From the NCBI GenBank assembly GCA_025201805.1, contig MU619269.1, positions 64,633-128,632 on the forward strand: a stretch of 64,000 nt of DNA, given 5' to 3'. How positions within the stretch are numbered: position 1 is the first letter of the stretch; every line of letters starts with the position of its first letter. The translations under genes were made by a program, and so were the position numbers. Shown here piece by piece: positions 1-11,715 of the stretch. The notes beneath the pieces are model-generated. The model was not told the origin of the DNA and ran no database searches. It worked only from the letters and a program-made list of their open reading frames with translations. This stretch comes from Parasitella parasitica NRRL 2501 (taxonomy: Eukaryota > Fungi > Mucoromycota).

Positions 1-602
1 TTTTGAGCAACGAAAAATGGAGGTCCGAGTCTTTTAGTGGTAGATTACCTGTTATCTAATCTTTTTATCATTTCCAGTATTTAGTAATCTCATCTTGGTT
101 CAATTACTTGTGCAACAACGTAGCGGCTCGATTATTATATGGGTGTTGCTTTATCGGAAAAAATTTGAGAGGAAAGTTACGGTTGAAATAGGGAATATGT
201 TCCGCTTTTTTGGGGCTCCCTTCCCATTCTACGAATTCTGGCATTTTATAACCATTAGCCGTAAAACCATCCCGCTTCCAAATAGTCGTATCCGACAGAA
301 ATGTGAGGTTAAAAAGTGCACCACCATGATGAAATGCATGCGGAGATCAGAAAATATTTAGTGTAACTTTATGAGATAAATTTTATAGTGGATACATATA
401 ACATCAAATATCAAGAAAAAATACACGCAATGAAAAAAAAAAGGAAAAGTGATATATCTATAAAAAAAATACAGAAACCAAAACATTTAATAGGTGACCA
501 TAAAAGACAGAGAAAAAGAGTGTATATGATTACAGTAAGACGGAAATATTGTGTATATTTGTGTGTACGTGGGGAGGCTGCGTTTGTAAATTGTTACTGA
601 AG

Positions 603-1876
603 TTACTTCTTTGCAGTAACCAAGGCAGTAACTTCTCCATCCTTCACCTTTTCTTGAAAGACATCAAGCCATGACTTTACCTTTTCATAAACCATAAATG
701 TAACTGCCTGTCCAGGAGCAACTCTCAATAACCTGGGTGTCAAACCCTTATAGAAAGCTTTGGGACCTTCTTTGGTCATAATCTCGGAGGTGACAATTTT
801 GAAACGTTCCCATCCAGATCCAGAAGCACTGGATTTTTGGATACGTGTCTTGATAGTATCAATAGGAGCATTGGAAAGAGGACCTGTTATATGATGGTGT
901 GAGAGACGATCCAGTAATGCATGTGAAATGTCTTACCCATTGCACCAGAGACACCACCAAGGATCAAGTGTTGGTAAGACGGAAGCTCTTCCAAATTTTG
1001 ATATTTCTGTGCGGTCTTTTTGAACTCTTGATAAGCAGTGAAGTTTGCAGCTTGATTTGTAGCTAAATTACACGGCTCGTTAACGACAGGAATACTATAC
1101 CGTATTTCAGTCTTTCACATACCTTGTCTCAAAGCGGTCAAGGTGACACCCTTATATAAGGCACGAACACCTTCCTCACGAACAATGGTATAGGCAGCAT
1201 GAGGAGCATTGCGATACTTGGGAATATCCATAGGATCGGCCATAGAATGTCTTTGGGCCTAATTATAAAAGAAAATTTTGAGAACATTCCGTCTAATAGA
1301 TCTCATGCGAGCATATACACATACCTGAAGACGAATCTTAATAAGGTCCATAGGCGAGACGACCATGATTGCTTCAGTAGTACCGGCAGCAAGGCCAGCT
1401 AAATAATGTGCGAGTATGAATATCGTTTGCAGCACGCAAAACTCAAGAGAATCATTGTATGCTTACCGATAAAAACTGCAGTTGTACTGACTTTACCATT
1501 GGCATCAGCCATCCACTCCTTGTACAATTCAAAGGAACTAAAACGAATAGCCATCTTGGGCACAATACCAGAAACAACGGCGCCAAGGCCCTTATACAAA
1601 GCCCAGAACGATTCATTTCTAATGATCTTTGCGCCTACTCCGAGGAAACCAAGAGGCTTGCCCTATAACAGATATTGAATAAGCCATTTAATGTATCATG
1701 TCGATGATTGACGTCCTTACACTAGCGCTTCTAGCAGCGTTTTTAGCCAATTGCATTCTCACTTTGATGGTATCAAGAGGATGACAAGTACATGCTTCCA
1801 TGAAGCCAGCAGCACCGCCTGCAACGAGATGAGTGAGAAGTGGGGTCTTTTGCTTGCCGTCGCCGTTTTTGCTCAT
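603..1876 (-). CDS. SFC1: Mitochondrial succinate/fumarate carrier (Sfc1/Acr1-like), multi-exon
   Basis: Exons give MSKNGDGKQKTPLLTHLVAGGAAGFMEACTCHPLDTIKVRMQL, LYKGLGAVVSGIVPKMAIRFSSFE and PIDTIKTRIQ. These carry repeated Px[DE]xx[KR]xR carrier motifs. ATG 1876, TAA 605-603. Confidence 0.85.
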
Positions 1877-2459
1877 TTCTGTAGAAATATTTATCAAAAA
1901 AGAAAAATAGAAATGAAAAAAGAAGAGACAAGATTGACTCGCTAGTCTTATTTATATGAATGAGAAGAACCAAAGGAAATTGTTAATTTTCATATGCTAT
2001 CCGAACACCGCTAAATCTGATGTGCAGGATTTAGAAGTGTGGGTTTTCACACAGATTCATCATCATTTTTATAGAGCCAATCACTGAAAAGCCTGTTGAA
2101 AGTGCAAATGCGGGGTAAATTAGGAATCACCGGAACTCCATCACATGCTATAGCTAGTTGATGAGCATGTTTGTATCACTCTTGACCATTTTGTTGATTC
2201 ATCATCATTGTTTCCAAGCATCTCCGCACGTTAAAAACAATCTGAAGTTTAAGGTAGAATGTCAATTATGCTTATCAATTTGATGATTCAATTTAGGTAA
2301 CCGAATCAACAATCGTTATCGTGGGAAGAAGAATGAAAAAAAAAGCTTAGGCAAAACGTTTATCAAACAAACCTTATTCATTTATTAGCAAAACTAATTG
2401 TTATGAGGTGGTCCTGGATCAACGAGCGTCTCATTGAATCATGGATCTATGGAAACTTA

Positions 2460-2830
2460 CCTGCAATGGCATATAAAATAGCTCATTTTGTTGGATACCA
2501 GCCATTTTCAAAGCTCGGAAAATATATCAAACAATATTTTTCATCGACAAGATGCTTTTTGATGCATTTCTACCATTTTTCAACTTTCGTTTTTTTCATG
2601 ATATTACTGTAAGGCAAAAATTGCAATTTGAATAAAACTCGATTTTTGACCCCTAATTCAAAACTTTTTACTATCATATTTATACAAAATATAGGTGTAA
2701 AAAATGTTCATCTTTCATAAAAAAGCAATTAATTAAAGGTTTTAGACCTTCATTTTCGAGTTCTCCTCAAAAAACAAAAAATCAGCATATTAGACACCAA
2801 AGAGCTAGCAATCTCATAAACAAAAAACAA
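2460..2830. repeat. Possible degenerate non-autonomous transposon remnant
   Basis: AT-rich and non-coding. Short stretches (ATGGCATA, GCCATTTTCAAAGCTCGGAA, TTTTTACTAT) resemble 56250-56470 in the same order. The similarity is weak and was judged by eye. Confidence 0.25.
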
Positions 2831-3301
2831 AAAATAGGAGGAAACTTATTGTACAAATACTATGAATTTAATTAATACAATTTTAATTTTTTTTCAACAA
2901 ATTGTTGAAGATAAACACTTTGAAAGTGTTTTTATTGCTCTTGGATGACAAAGTCAAAACCAAAACCAGAATCACTTCTTTTAATGTTTTCAAACTCAGG
3001 CACCTTGTTTTTGCAGCTTGTAACAATGATCTGGTGCCTTTTTTGGATGATATAATCATAGATTTCTATCCATCTGTGCTTAAATTCAATCAATAGTTAT
3101 AATAAACAACAATTCATCTCTTGGAATAAAAAGAAAGAAAAAGCAAACAAGTTACCAATGTATGCGGAAATAGTTCATGCAGAAATTATTCCTTTGATTT
3201 GGATAACAAATAAATAATCAACAAATACGGAAATACGCATAGACACAGGATGAACGCGTTATCTAGATGCATGTATCTTTTGCTTCTTCTCTATCATTAA
3301 C

Positions 3302-5140
3302 ATGGCACCTATTACAACACCTGTGGCTGCTGCTGCTGCTGTTGCTGCTGCAACAACTGAATGTCTTGACGAAAAGCCATTGCCAGAGCTCATTGGAAAA
3401 GTTTTGGACGCAATCAAAGAAGAAGAAGAAAGACTGCGAAAAGAGGAAGAGTTTATCCATGCAATGAACCAGGCGAGGTTCAGCAAACCACTTGCGCCGA
3501 TCGAGTACGACAATTTATCACCACCACCATCACCACCTCCAAAAGAAGCTGATGCTAAGGAGAGACGTAGTGTTGAAGAAGACTATACGAACCGTATTGT
3601 CGATCCGCATGATGTTCTCAGCATAGAATATCGTGAACGCACCAATTTCATGAGCAATCAATGGTATTTTGACGAATACGCTGGTATATATCGCCAAAAC
3701 GCTCCAGGATTATGGGGGGCTCAAAGCATGCCCGGCTTGCATCCACACGCAGCAACGCCTACAAAGGCAGCCGAGACCCATATCAAAAATATAACCGAAA
3801 AATTGTTGTCATCCAACAGCTCTATTCTTGGCAGTAGCTCGCCTTCGTCTTTCAAGTTTCGGCTTTCACAGCGATATGATGGTCGTAGTAGTTCACACCG
3901 CTCAAGTTTCCCTTCGAGTGGTGACAGCAGTACTATTACAATTGTATCCGCACGGGACGAAGTAGAAGAAACAGAGCAGCAACCACAAGAGTGGCCATCA
4001 CCGTGTACAGTGGAGCAAGTACATCAACTTAGAAAACAAGCTAGGGCTACCAGAGATAGACGGAAGCAGCTTGATTTATGTCGAACTTTGATGGACGCAG
4101 CTTGCCGTGACGAAACAGAACATGTTACGGAATCGCCTATTCCAGGTACCCCACCTGTCAATACTCGATACAGACAACAGGAGTTGCGCAGGAAGAAAAA
4201 AAAGGATTTGATGCTGGATCAGGTACTCGTATTGGAAGCTCAGAAGATCCTAAAGCGGCTAGCTCTTGGTGGCGGGGGCATCGGTCTTGCTACTGACGGG
4301 GATGCTCAGTTTTTGCTGGCGAATTGCTACGGCGTAGGAGGTTTAGGTCTACCATTAGACAGAGAAAGAGCCTTTTCTTTGTATATCCATGCCTCCAAGC
4401 AGAATCACATTGAATCTACTTATCGTTCAGGCGTATGCTACGAGATCGGCATTGGCACGCGCAAAGATTATGGTCGAGCCATGTCGTTTTATCGCAAAGC
4501 AGCTACACAATCGCATGTCGCTAGCATGTACAAGTTGGCTATTATTCTATTGAGAGGATACTGTGGACAGACCATCAACATAAAACAAGGACTTACTTGG
4601 CTACAGCGAGCTGCAGCTCTAGCACACAGTCAGAACCCTCACGCAATGTATGCTTTAGCCATGTTCCAACTCTCTGGAGAATTTGCTGAATATATTATTG
4701 CGGACAGCTCGTATGCCCTCGAGCTCTTGCACACATCAGCTAAACTAGAGTACCTTCCAAGTCAGGTCAAGCTGGGTGAGTTGTACGAAGTAGGAGGCAA
4801 TGGCTTGGTTCAGGTGGATGATGCACTCTCTATTTATTGGTATACAAGAGCTGCAGAACAAGGCAATGCAGATGCAGCATTAGCACTGTCGAGTTGGTAC
4901 CTGACGGGATCAACAGACATTCTTCCGCAATCTGATTTCGAAGCATATCTGTGGGCTCGCAAAGCTGCATCTTGTCAGAATGCAGACAGATGGACGGCAG
5001 CGAAAGCTTATTTCTTGGTGGGGATGTACATTGAGAACAGGATTGGGGTCAGTGAAACCTCCACAGACAATGCGGCCGTGTGGTTTGAAAGATCTGCTGC
5101 CTTGGGTCACCTAGGGGCCATTGAAATGTTGCAACATTAA
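3302..5140 (+). CDS. Sel1-like repeat protein, chitin synthase activator (Skt5/Chs4) family, intronless
   Basis: 612-aa ORF with tandem SLR motifs: DAQFLLANCYGVG, STYRSGVCYEIGIGTRKDYGRAMSFYRKAA, SIYWYTRAAEQGNADAALALSSWYLTG. Confidence 0.85.
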   Translation: MAPITTPVAAAAAVAAATTECLDEKPLPELIGKVLDAIKEEEERLRKEEEFIHAMNQARFSKPLAPIEYDNLSPPPSPPPKEADAKERRSVEEDYTNRIVDPHDVLSIEYRERTNFMSNQWYFDEYAGIYRQNAPGLWGAQSMPGLHPHAATPTKAAETHIKNITEKLLSSNSSILGSSSPSSFKFRLSQRYDGRSSSHRSSFPSSGDSSTITIVSARDEVEETEQQPQEWPSPCTVEQVHQLRKQARATRDRRKQLDLCRTLMDAACRDETEHVTESPIPGTPPVNTRYRQQELRRKKKKDLMLDQVLVLEAQKILKRLALGGGGIGLATDGDAQFLLANCYGVGGLGLPLDRERAFSLYIHASKQNHIESTYRSGVCYEIGIGTRKDYGRAMSFYRKAATQSHVASMYKLAIILLRGYCGQTINIKQGLTWLQRAAALAHSQNPHAMYALAMFQLSGEFAEYIIADSSYALELLHTSAKLEYLPSQVKLGELYEVGGNGLVQVDDALSIYWYTRAAEQGNADAALALSSWYLTGSTDILPQSDFEAYLWARKAASCQNADRWTAAKAYFLVGMYIENRIGVSETSTDNAAVWFERSAALGHLGAIEMLQH

Positions 5141-5317
5141 GTATTTGTGTTTTGCCACATGGAATATGTAACACATACCTCCCTAGCAGCACGTATACTG
5201 TACATACATACCATAACGTTCATTCCTTCTATTATGTAAGCTTTTGTCCCTGAAAAAAATTTAATATAAATAATTCTTTTCTTCTTCTTGATTAACTTTG
5301 TTTTTCTCTTTATAAAA

Positions 5318-6594
5318 ATGTTGCCTAATAATAACAAAAACAATACATCACGGCTTCCCCTTCCAATTGCTCTGCGACAGCCTCTAAAAAAGAAAGTCGT
5401 GGTAGGTCAGCAGGAGGCGATGGAGGTGGTGGTGACACCTGCCAAATTAGACAAAAAGAAAAACAACAACAATAGCAGGAAAAGTACATTGTTTTCAACA
5501 ACATGCTCACGTATGGCTCGACAAGCTGCCAACTATAAGAGGCCTGCCAAACCAAAGACCAACAATAAACCTCCCCTTTCTCCCATTCCCAACAAAATGA
5601 ACAGACCTGTCCGCAAATCTCCCATAACACAGCTTAAAGAGGACCTTGAAAAATTAAGGCAAAAGGTAACACATGAAAATCAATCGACCGCTTTACTATG
5701 CACACAATTCAGCAGTTGCTTACCCTCCCCCCTTTTTTTTGCCTACAGAAAATTGATGATGAATTACTTTTAAAAACACAAAATGAAGAGATAAGAAAGC
5801 TGCGGGAACAGCTGAATCTCCAAGCAGAGATGAAGCGAGAATTACTACGAAAAGAGACTCTACAGAGCAAACTAAAGGCTGTTGTTGCAGAAACAGAGGT
5901 ATAAGCTGCACTTGATTGTGTATTATAGATTAAGCGCTGACCAAATAGCTACACAATAGAATATAGACATCAATGTGGTTGATTTACTAGATGTTAAAAC
6001 ATCGGAAAGTGCAGCGATGCAATCATATAAAGAGCAAATCCAAGAATTGCAATCGCAACTCGAGGTATGTAAATTAACCGATAGCGCTTGGATTGCAAAT
6101 TGCTCACAATAATATATCATTTATAGTCAAAAGAAGACAGTTTCAATAGAATACTGAGCCACTATCAAAAAGAAATGAACGAAAAAGACGAATGTTTGCG
6201 CAAACAACAAACAGCGATAGAGCAAATCAAGGTGGATCATGCGACTCGGATAGCTCAGTTGAAGTCTGCGCACATGAGCCGCATCCACAAATTACAAATG
6301 GAGCACGAAGAAGAGCTTGCTGTTGCAAGGAAGATATCACAGCCACCACCATCATCAGCGATAGACATAAACAATGTCATTGAACAGGCATTAAACGAAT
6401 TCGAGCAAGAGCAGCACAACCATCCTCCAACTGCTATAAAAGCCTTCAAAACATTCGCATGCCATCCAATGACTCACAAGCGCCCTGCAAACATTAACCA
6501 GCAATGGTACGCAAAGCATTATATACCTCTCGACGCCATGTCTTGGCCAACTCCTCAGGCTGCGCCTAATTTGAGAAGACAATTACAAATTTAA
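5318..6594 (+). CDS. Hypothetical coiled-coil protein with a basic, proline-rich N-terminus, multi-exon
   Basis: ATG 5318. GT-AG introns (for example 5666-5748) join ORF pieces 5288-5773, 5698-5904 and 6175-6594. The middle is heptad-rich. Confidence 0.7.
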
Positions 6595-6606
6595 TAAAAA
6601 TATAGT

Positions 6607-8880
6607 TTATTGACATTCGTTCATCACTATTCTTGCTGTATTTTCTGTTTGTTTTGGAGCATATACTATTGATGACGATGATGGTGTTGTAGCCAGGTTC
6701 TCTTCTGATGAAGATGAGCTTAACGATGGTGCTGATTGTGTTTGAGTGACAATTCCTGGTTCATTGATGATGAACAAATTCATCATCTTGCGGTTGTGCG
6801 ATTCTAGCATTTCTCGATTACGCTTCTCAAGCATTTCCTTTGACACCTTCTTTTTGTTGAACAGGTTGCTGGTTACTGTATTATATAGCTTTTTATTGGC
6901 ACTGACGTTGAGTTTGGCTGCTTTTGTGCTGACGCTGTTGATCTTGGACAGTAGCTTCTTGCTTGATCTGAATGCAGCCGCCGCAGATGATGAGGCTGAA
7001 GACATCACAGAACCCGTATCTGAATCATGAATTGCGCTGGTCTTGCAGCTTGCTATTGCACTAGGTTCACTACTACTGACGGCTTCCGGTGCTTGTGGCT
7101 CCTCTTCAAATGATGACACTGACATTGCTGATGGCTGCCTTCTTCTAAACCCGATGTTGGAAGCCAGTTTGCGTCCTGTTGTCAGGGCTGATGTGATGAT
7201 TGGAGAAGAGACAATGTCTCCAACGATGCTTCCATTACTGCTGCTACTGCTACTAGTGCTATTACTTCTTCGACGTAGAATAGGGTTCGAATAGCCTCTT
7301 AATCTTTTTGTAGACTGGGTGTTCTCTACCTCCAGACTGCTTGATGCATCCATAATACCCACTGTTGCTCTGCGTACTGGTGTTTTTGCTATTGCCACAT
7401 TCTTTTCAATCTTGTGGCTAAAAAGCACTGTTGGAGTCACTACTGGTTTGTTGACTCTGTTGCCGAGCATGTCTAAATCCATATTGGCTTTGGGGTTATT
7501 GGCTGGCGACGAAGGTACTGGTGCGGATCTCGGTGAACTAGGTTTAGGTACACGCTCACCAAAGATACCACCGAGACCACCTGAGGAACAGAAGGAGAAA
7601 TCGTCCATATTGGGCAATACAATATTTTCCTTGACAAACTCACAAATCTTGGACTGAATGGCATTGGTGATCATAGGCAGACGAATTTGCTTGTCAGATA
7701 CAATAGGTTGAATATCCCAATCCATGGAAGGCTCTTGATAGAAACCAATCCAGCAGCGATTAGTAGGTGGGGGCTTTACTTTGACCAGAAATTTGCCAGA
7801 CAGCCTCTTGAGCTTAACGGCCAGCACCAACGGGAGTCGGATTGGCTTCATCAAAGAAGAATAAGTCCATGTAACCTCGGTTTGTATCACCACCCGCAGT
7901 CCACCTGCATATTGAATCACGGCTTCCGCTTCAAGATCCCCTTCCGGTGTCAAGGAAAGCAGTTTAGGCTGTGTCACGTACGGGATCGAATCGCCTATGT
8001 CGACTCTTTGAACAACGATATCTCCTAAAAATCCAGGCCGTTTGATTTTCATGGCCTTTTTACTGATCTTTTCTTGCAGATAGTGTCGCATGCCATCCGT
8101 CTTGTAGATGCTAAGGAACAGTCTGCCCAGAATAGCATTGAGCCATTGGACTTCACGGTACTCCGCGTCTTGCTGTACTGTGGTAATCAAGGTTTGCATA
8201 GCTCGTATGTCAAAATGCGTCTTGTCTCTCATTTCTATAGGTGAAGTCGACCCAACCATTATCTGAGATGCTGCTAGCAAGCCAAAGTACCAATCCTCCT
8301 TGTCGACAGCTCGAGCGCATGTGATATAGAAATAATTGTGAGTGGTGAGATAGGCGGAAGAATCCTGATGGTGCGGAATAAGCACTTGGCTTCTTTTCAT
8401 GTTTACAATCTCTGGCTTTGGTGTCAGTTTCAACCATGAAGCTTTATTGTACATGTCGTGATCTCGTTGTTGCGGCTTGGTGGGATTATACATGACAACA
8501 TTGTAGTTGTGTACTGGAATGACGATTTTGCAGTCCTCATCTGTCTGTTCGCCTCCATAGATAAACAGGGCTCCACACTTCAATTCAGCATAGACATGTT
8601 CTTTTTGGCGTTTGGCTCCACTGCCTTGGACATAAGACAAGATGACCGCAACGTTTGATTCGGATTCATTGGGCTTGTATGTTGTTGTCAGTCTAATCCA
8701 ACCTTTTTTCCCGTTTTGTAAGCGTGCATTAGTAGTGCTGCTGTTTATAGGTGGTTCCTGATGTTGTGTTATTTTGGCTGTAGGTGGCAGGAAATAGATG
8801 GCAAGTAAAATGATGGGTATAAAAGTAATACCTCCAAGTATGTAGATAGCGATAATCTCAACCAATGAAGAAATTGTCAT
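6607..8880 (-). CDS. NVJ2: Nvj2/TEX2-like lipid-transfer protein (N-terminal TM, PH-like, SMP domain), intronless
   Basis: N-terminal IYILGGITFIP TM segment. DKEDWYFGL, WLNAILGRLFL, KPPPTNRCWIGF and IVLPNMDDF are typical of Nvj2/TEX2 SMP proteins. Confidence 0.85.
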   Translation of the reverse strand: MTISSLVEIIAIYILGGITFIPIILLAIYFLPPTAKITQHQEPPINSSTTNARLQNGKKGWIRLTTTYKPNESESNVAVILSYVQGSGAKRQKEHVYAELKCGALFIYGGEQTDEDCKIVIPVHNYNVVMYNPTKPQQRDHDMYNKASWLKLTPKPEIVNMKRSQVLIPHHQDSSAYLTTHNYFYITCARAVDKEDWYFGLLAASQIMVGSTSPIEMRDKTHFDIRAMQTLITTVQQDAEYREVQWLNAILGRLFLSIYKTDGMRHYLQEKISKKAMKIKRPGFLGDIVVQRVDIGDSIPYVTQPKLLSLTPEGDLEAEAVIQYAGGLRVVIQTEVTWTYSSLMKPIRLPLVLAVKLKRLSGKFLVKVKPPPTNRCWIGFYQEPSMDWDIQPIVSDKQIRLPMITNAIQSKICEFVKENIVLPNMDDFSFCSSGGLGGIFGERVPKPSSPRSAPVPSSPANNPKANMDLDMLGNRVNKPVVTPTVLFSHKIEKNVAIAKTPVRRATVGIMDASSSLEVENTQSTKRLRGYSNPILRRRSNSTSSSSSSNGSIVGDIVSSPIITSALTTGRKLASNIGFRRRQPSAMSVSSFEEEPQAPEAVSSSEPSAIASCKTSAIHDSDTGSVMSSASSSAAAAFRSSKKLLSKINSVSTKAAKLNVSANKKLYNTVTSNLFNKKKVSKEMLEKRNREMLESHNRKMMNLFIINEPGIVTQTQSAPSLSSSSSEENLATTPSSSSIVYAPKQTENTARIVMNECQ

Positions 8881-9709
8881 TTTCTTTATAGCAAGAAGTT
8901 ACTCAAGAAAGAAAAAGAGATAGACAAAAAGTGAGAGGAATGTTTAAATATCAATAAGACTATGAACCAAATAAAACTGAAATTAGGGGGCGTAGATCAG
9001 GGTGAATGAAACTCTCGTATCTGGAGCATACAATGTGCATGATTAATAAACACTCTTTAGAGATGCAAGTTTAATAAATTGCAACTACAGATACGTCAGA
9101 TCTGATATTTTATGTTGTCATGGTTACTTGCATCGTTGTCAAGCCGCTTGACATCAAATGATAGTATGAAGATGGTCAGCAGAAAGCTATAGAGGATTTT
9201 GGATTCCATTGGTCAATTTGTGGTCTGTGTGTCTTCGGATTTCTTTCAATATTTGAAGGATCTATCTTGAATAGAATCCACTTTAATCTAATCAACGTGT
9301 TGAAAATAAAATCTTTAACATCTGCAATACACCCAAGGGTTTTTTTTGTTTTCTTGTCGTGTTATGATAAACAAGTGATGTACTATTTTGAAAATGCATA
9401 TGTCAGAATCTAATTTCGAATTAAAGAGAATGGTAGTCGTACATCAACAGCTGGATATAATAATTTTTCAAGTTATTAAAAAAAATGGTAAGTTTGCATA
9501 CTTTAGTTTACCAAGTTTTGGTGGAATTGCATGTTGGAAGACCTCTTTATGTAAATGACAGCCATAGCATCATAATGTGTAAGGTGTCAAGGCGAGTCAT
9601 TAAGGGACTGGTGATTTTTTGGTGTAATTTTTTTATTTTTTTTGTGGAATTATGAAAAGTGAAGAGCATAATCAAGCTTCCTTATATCTCTATTCTTGGA
9701 ACGATCAAT

Positions 9710-10520
9710 ATGTTCAAAAAGTAAGAAATCGTACACAATAAACGCATTTTTTTCAGACATGTTGCTAAATGGTAAATTGCATGTATAAATAGATTCAGTT
9801 TCTCTGAAAACATTGCTGGTCAGTCCCAGCTCAAGTCTTCAGTTCAAAGAAACATTCGTTCAAAATTGAATGAATTATATCCCAAGATTGAGTCTGTCTT
9901 AGAAGAGTTGATCCCTAAAAAGACTCCCATCATTCAAATCAAGGGGTAAATAGAAAAAGAACTTGCTTTTCTTTAGAATACTGTTGGACTAAATTTTGCT
10001 GATGTTTTAGCCACGAACATATTACGTTCCTCTCTGTCAATGGAGAGATTCTTTTCTTCCAGCATTTTGACGGGCCTTTCCTTCCTACACTTGCTCTATT
10101 GCATAAATGTAAGGGCCGAAACGATAGATACCACCAACACAGAAACATTAACGGCTCATGTTAGATCCTGATATGCTTCCCAAATTACAGGTGGATCGTG
10201 GGGCCATCAAATTTGTCTTGTCAGGAGCCAACATTATGTGCCCTGGATTAACCTCCAAAGGCGCTCGTATGGATGATGATTTACCAGCCGGTGCTGTAGC
10301 CGCCATTATGGCTGAAGGCAAAGAAAATGCGCTTGCTATTGGTTTGCTCAAGATGAGCACAGAGGAAATGTGAGTCGTTCGTTTGTAGCATAGGGGAAAA
10401 AAAAGAGGCATCAATTAACAAACAAATTTTTGTTGTAGTAAATCGGTTAATAAGGGTATCGGTGTTGACAACATTCATTATCTGACCGATCCTCTTTGGA
10501 AAGAGGTTGTTCACATGTAA
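9710..10520 (+). CDS. TMA20: Translation machinery-associated protein 20 (MCT-1/Tma20, PUA domain), multi-exon
   Basis: Short first exon MFKK, then [12 protein letters not shown] and [25 protein letters not shown] 10518-10520. Confidence 0.93.
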
Positions 10521-10798
10521 ACCAAGCGATCTAAGCAAATAAATAAAATAAGAAAAACATCCATCTAAAGCAGAAAAAGACTCATAAGCACCAAACAAAA
10601 CACTCTTTTTTTATTATTGTTATCTACAAATAAATAATTTATATACTATTATATTTGTGTTATGATCATAATAACTATGGATAGACCAAGCAAACAGGAT
10701 AATTTTTTTTTTGGAATTGTATAAAAAATGGATCCATCTGTTGGTAATTTGTTAGGTTGGATACTCACGTCTTTCTTTACATACAAACCCCAGATCAA

Positions 10799-11460
10799 AT
10801 GAAGTTCCTTGCTATTTCTGCTGTTGTCGCCATCTGTGCTCACATGGCTCTTGCCGGTAAGAATGACCATTTATGCATGTAAGCCTGACACGCATCAACG
10901 TATTTAATCACATAGTTCCTGCTGTCAACACTAATGCTGATATTGTGCCTCAAAACATCGGTGTGAGCAAGGTTGCTGCTGCTTCCTTCGACGTAAACAA
11001 GAAGAAAAACAAGGGTGATGATGAGGATGAGGATGAGGCCGCCGAAGAAGCTGAGAAAGAAGAAAAGAAGTTATTGAAGAAGGCCAAGAAGGAACAAGAG
11101 GAAGAAGACATGGAAAGAGAAAAGGAAATGAAGAAGGCTGCCAAGGAAAAGAAGAAGGAAGAAGAACTTGCTGAAGAAGAGGCAGAGCGCGAAGCCAAGG
11201 AACTTGCAGAGGCTGAAGAGGAAGCTGAACGTGAAGCCAAGGAGGCTGAAGAAGAAGCTGAGCGTGAGGCTAAGAAAGCCGAAGAAGAAGCCGAACGTGA
11301 GCTGGAAAAGGAAGAAGAGCGCAAAGAACAGGAAGCTGAAGACGCTGAAAGAGAGCGTGAAGCTGAAGAGAAGGCACAAAAAGAACAAGAAGAGGCCGAA
11401 AAGGAAGCTGAAGAGAAGGCGCAAAAGGAAGATGAAGCGAAATTTGAACAAGAAGATTAA
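10799..11460 (+). CDS. Secreted Glu/Lys/Ala-rich repeat protein, 1 intron
   Basis: Signal peptide MKFLAISAVVAICAHMALA, intron 10857-10916, then a long charged helical region with EAEEEAEREAK repeats. A TATA-like TATAAAA lies near 10720. Confidence 0.75.
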
Positions 11461-11715
11461 GCGGATACACTAATTTATTGATTCCTATCGCAATTATTCT
11501 AATAAATGCTTGATTTCACTTGTTTACATCTCACATGGACTAAATATTAATTAGATATATAAATAGGAGAGCTTTTCATGATTTTGAGTTTATTAATTAA
11601 ATATTATTACTATTGAAGATATTCTATGCGTATATATATATATTTATATTTATATAAAAAGGGTCATTGGAAAGAGAGAGAATGTACAAGGAAGATATGT
11701 CCAGGAGAATCTTGG

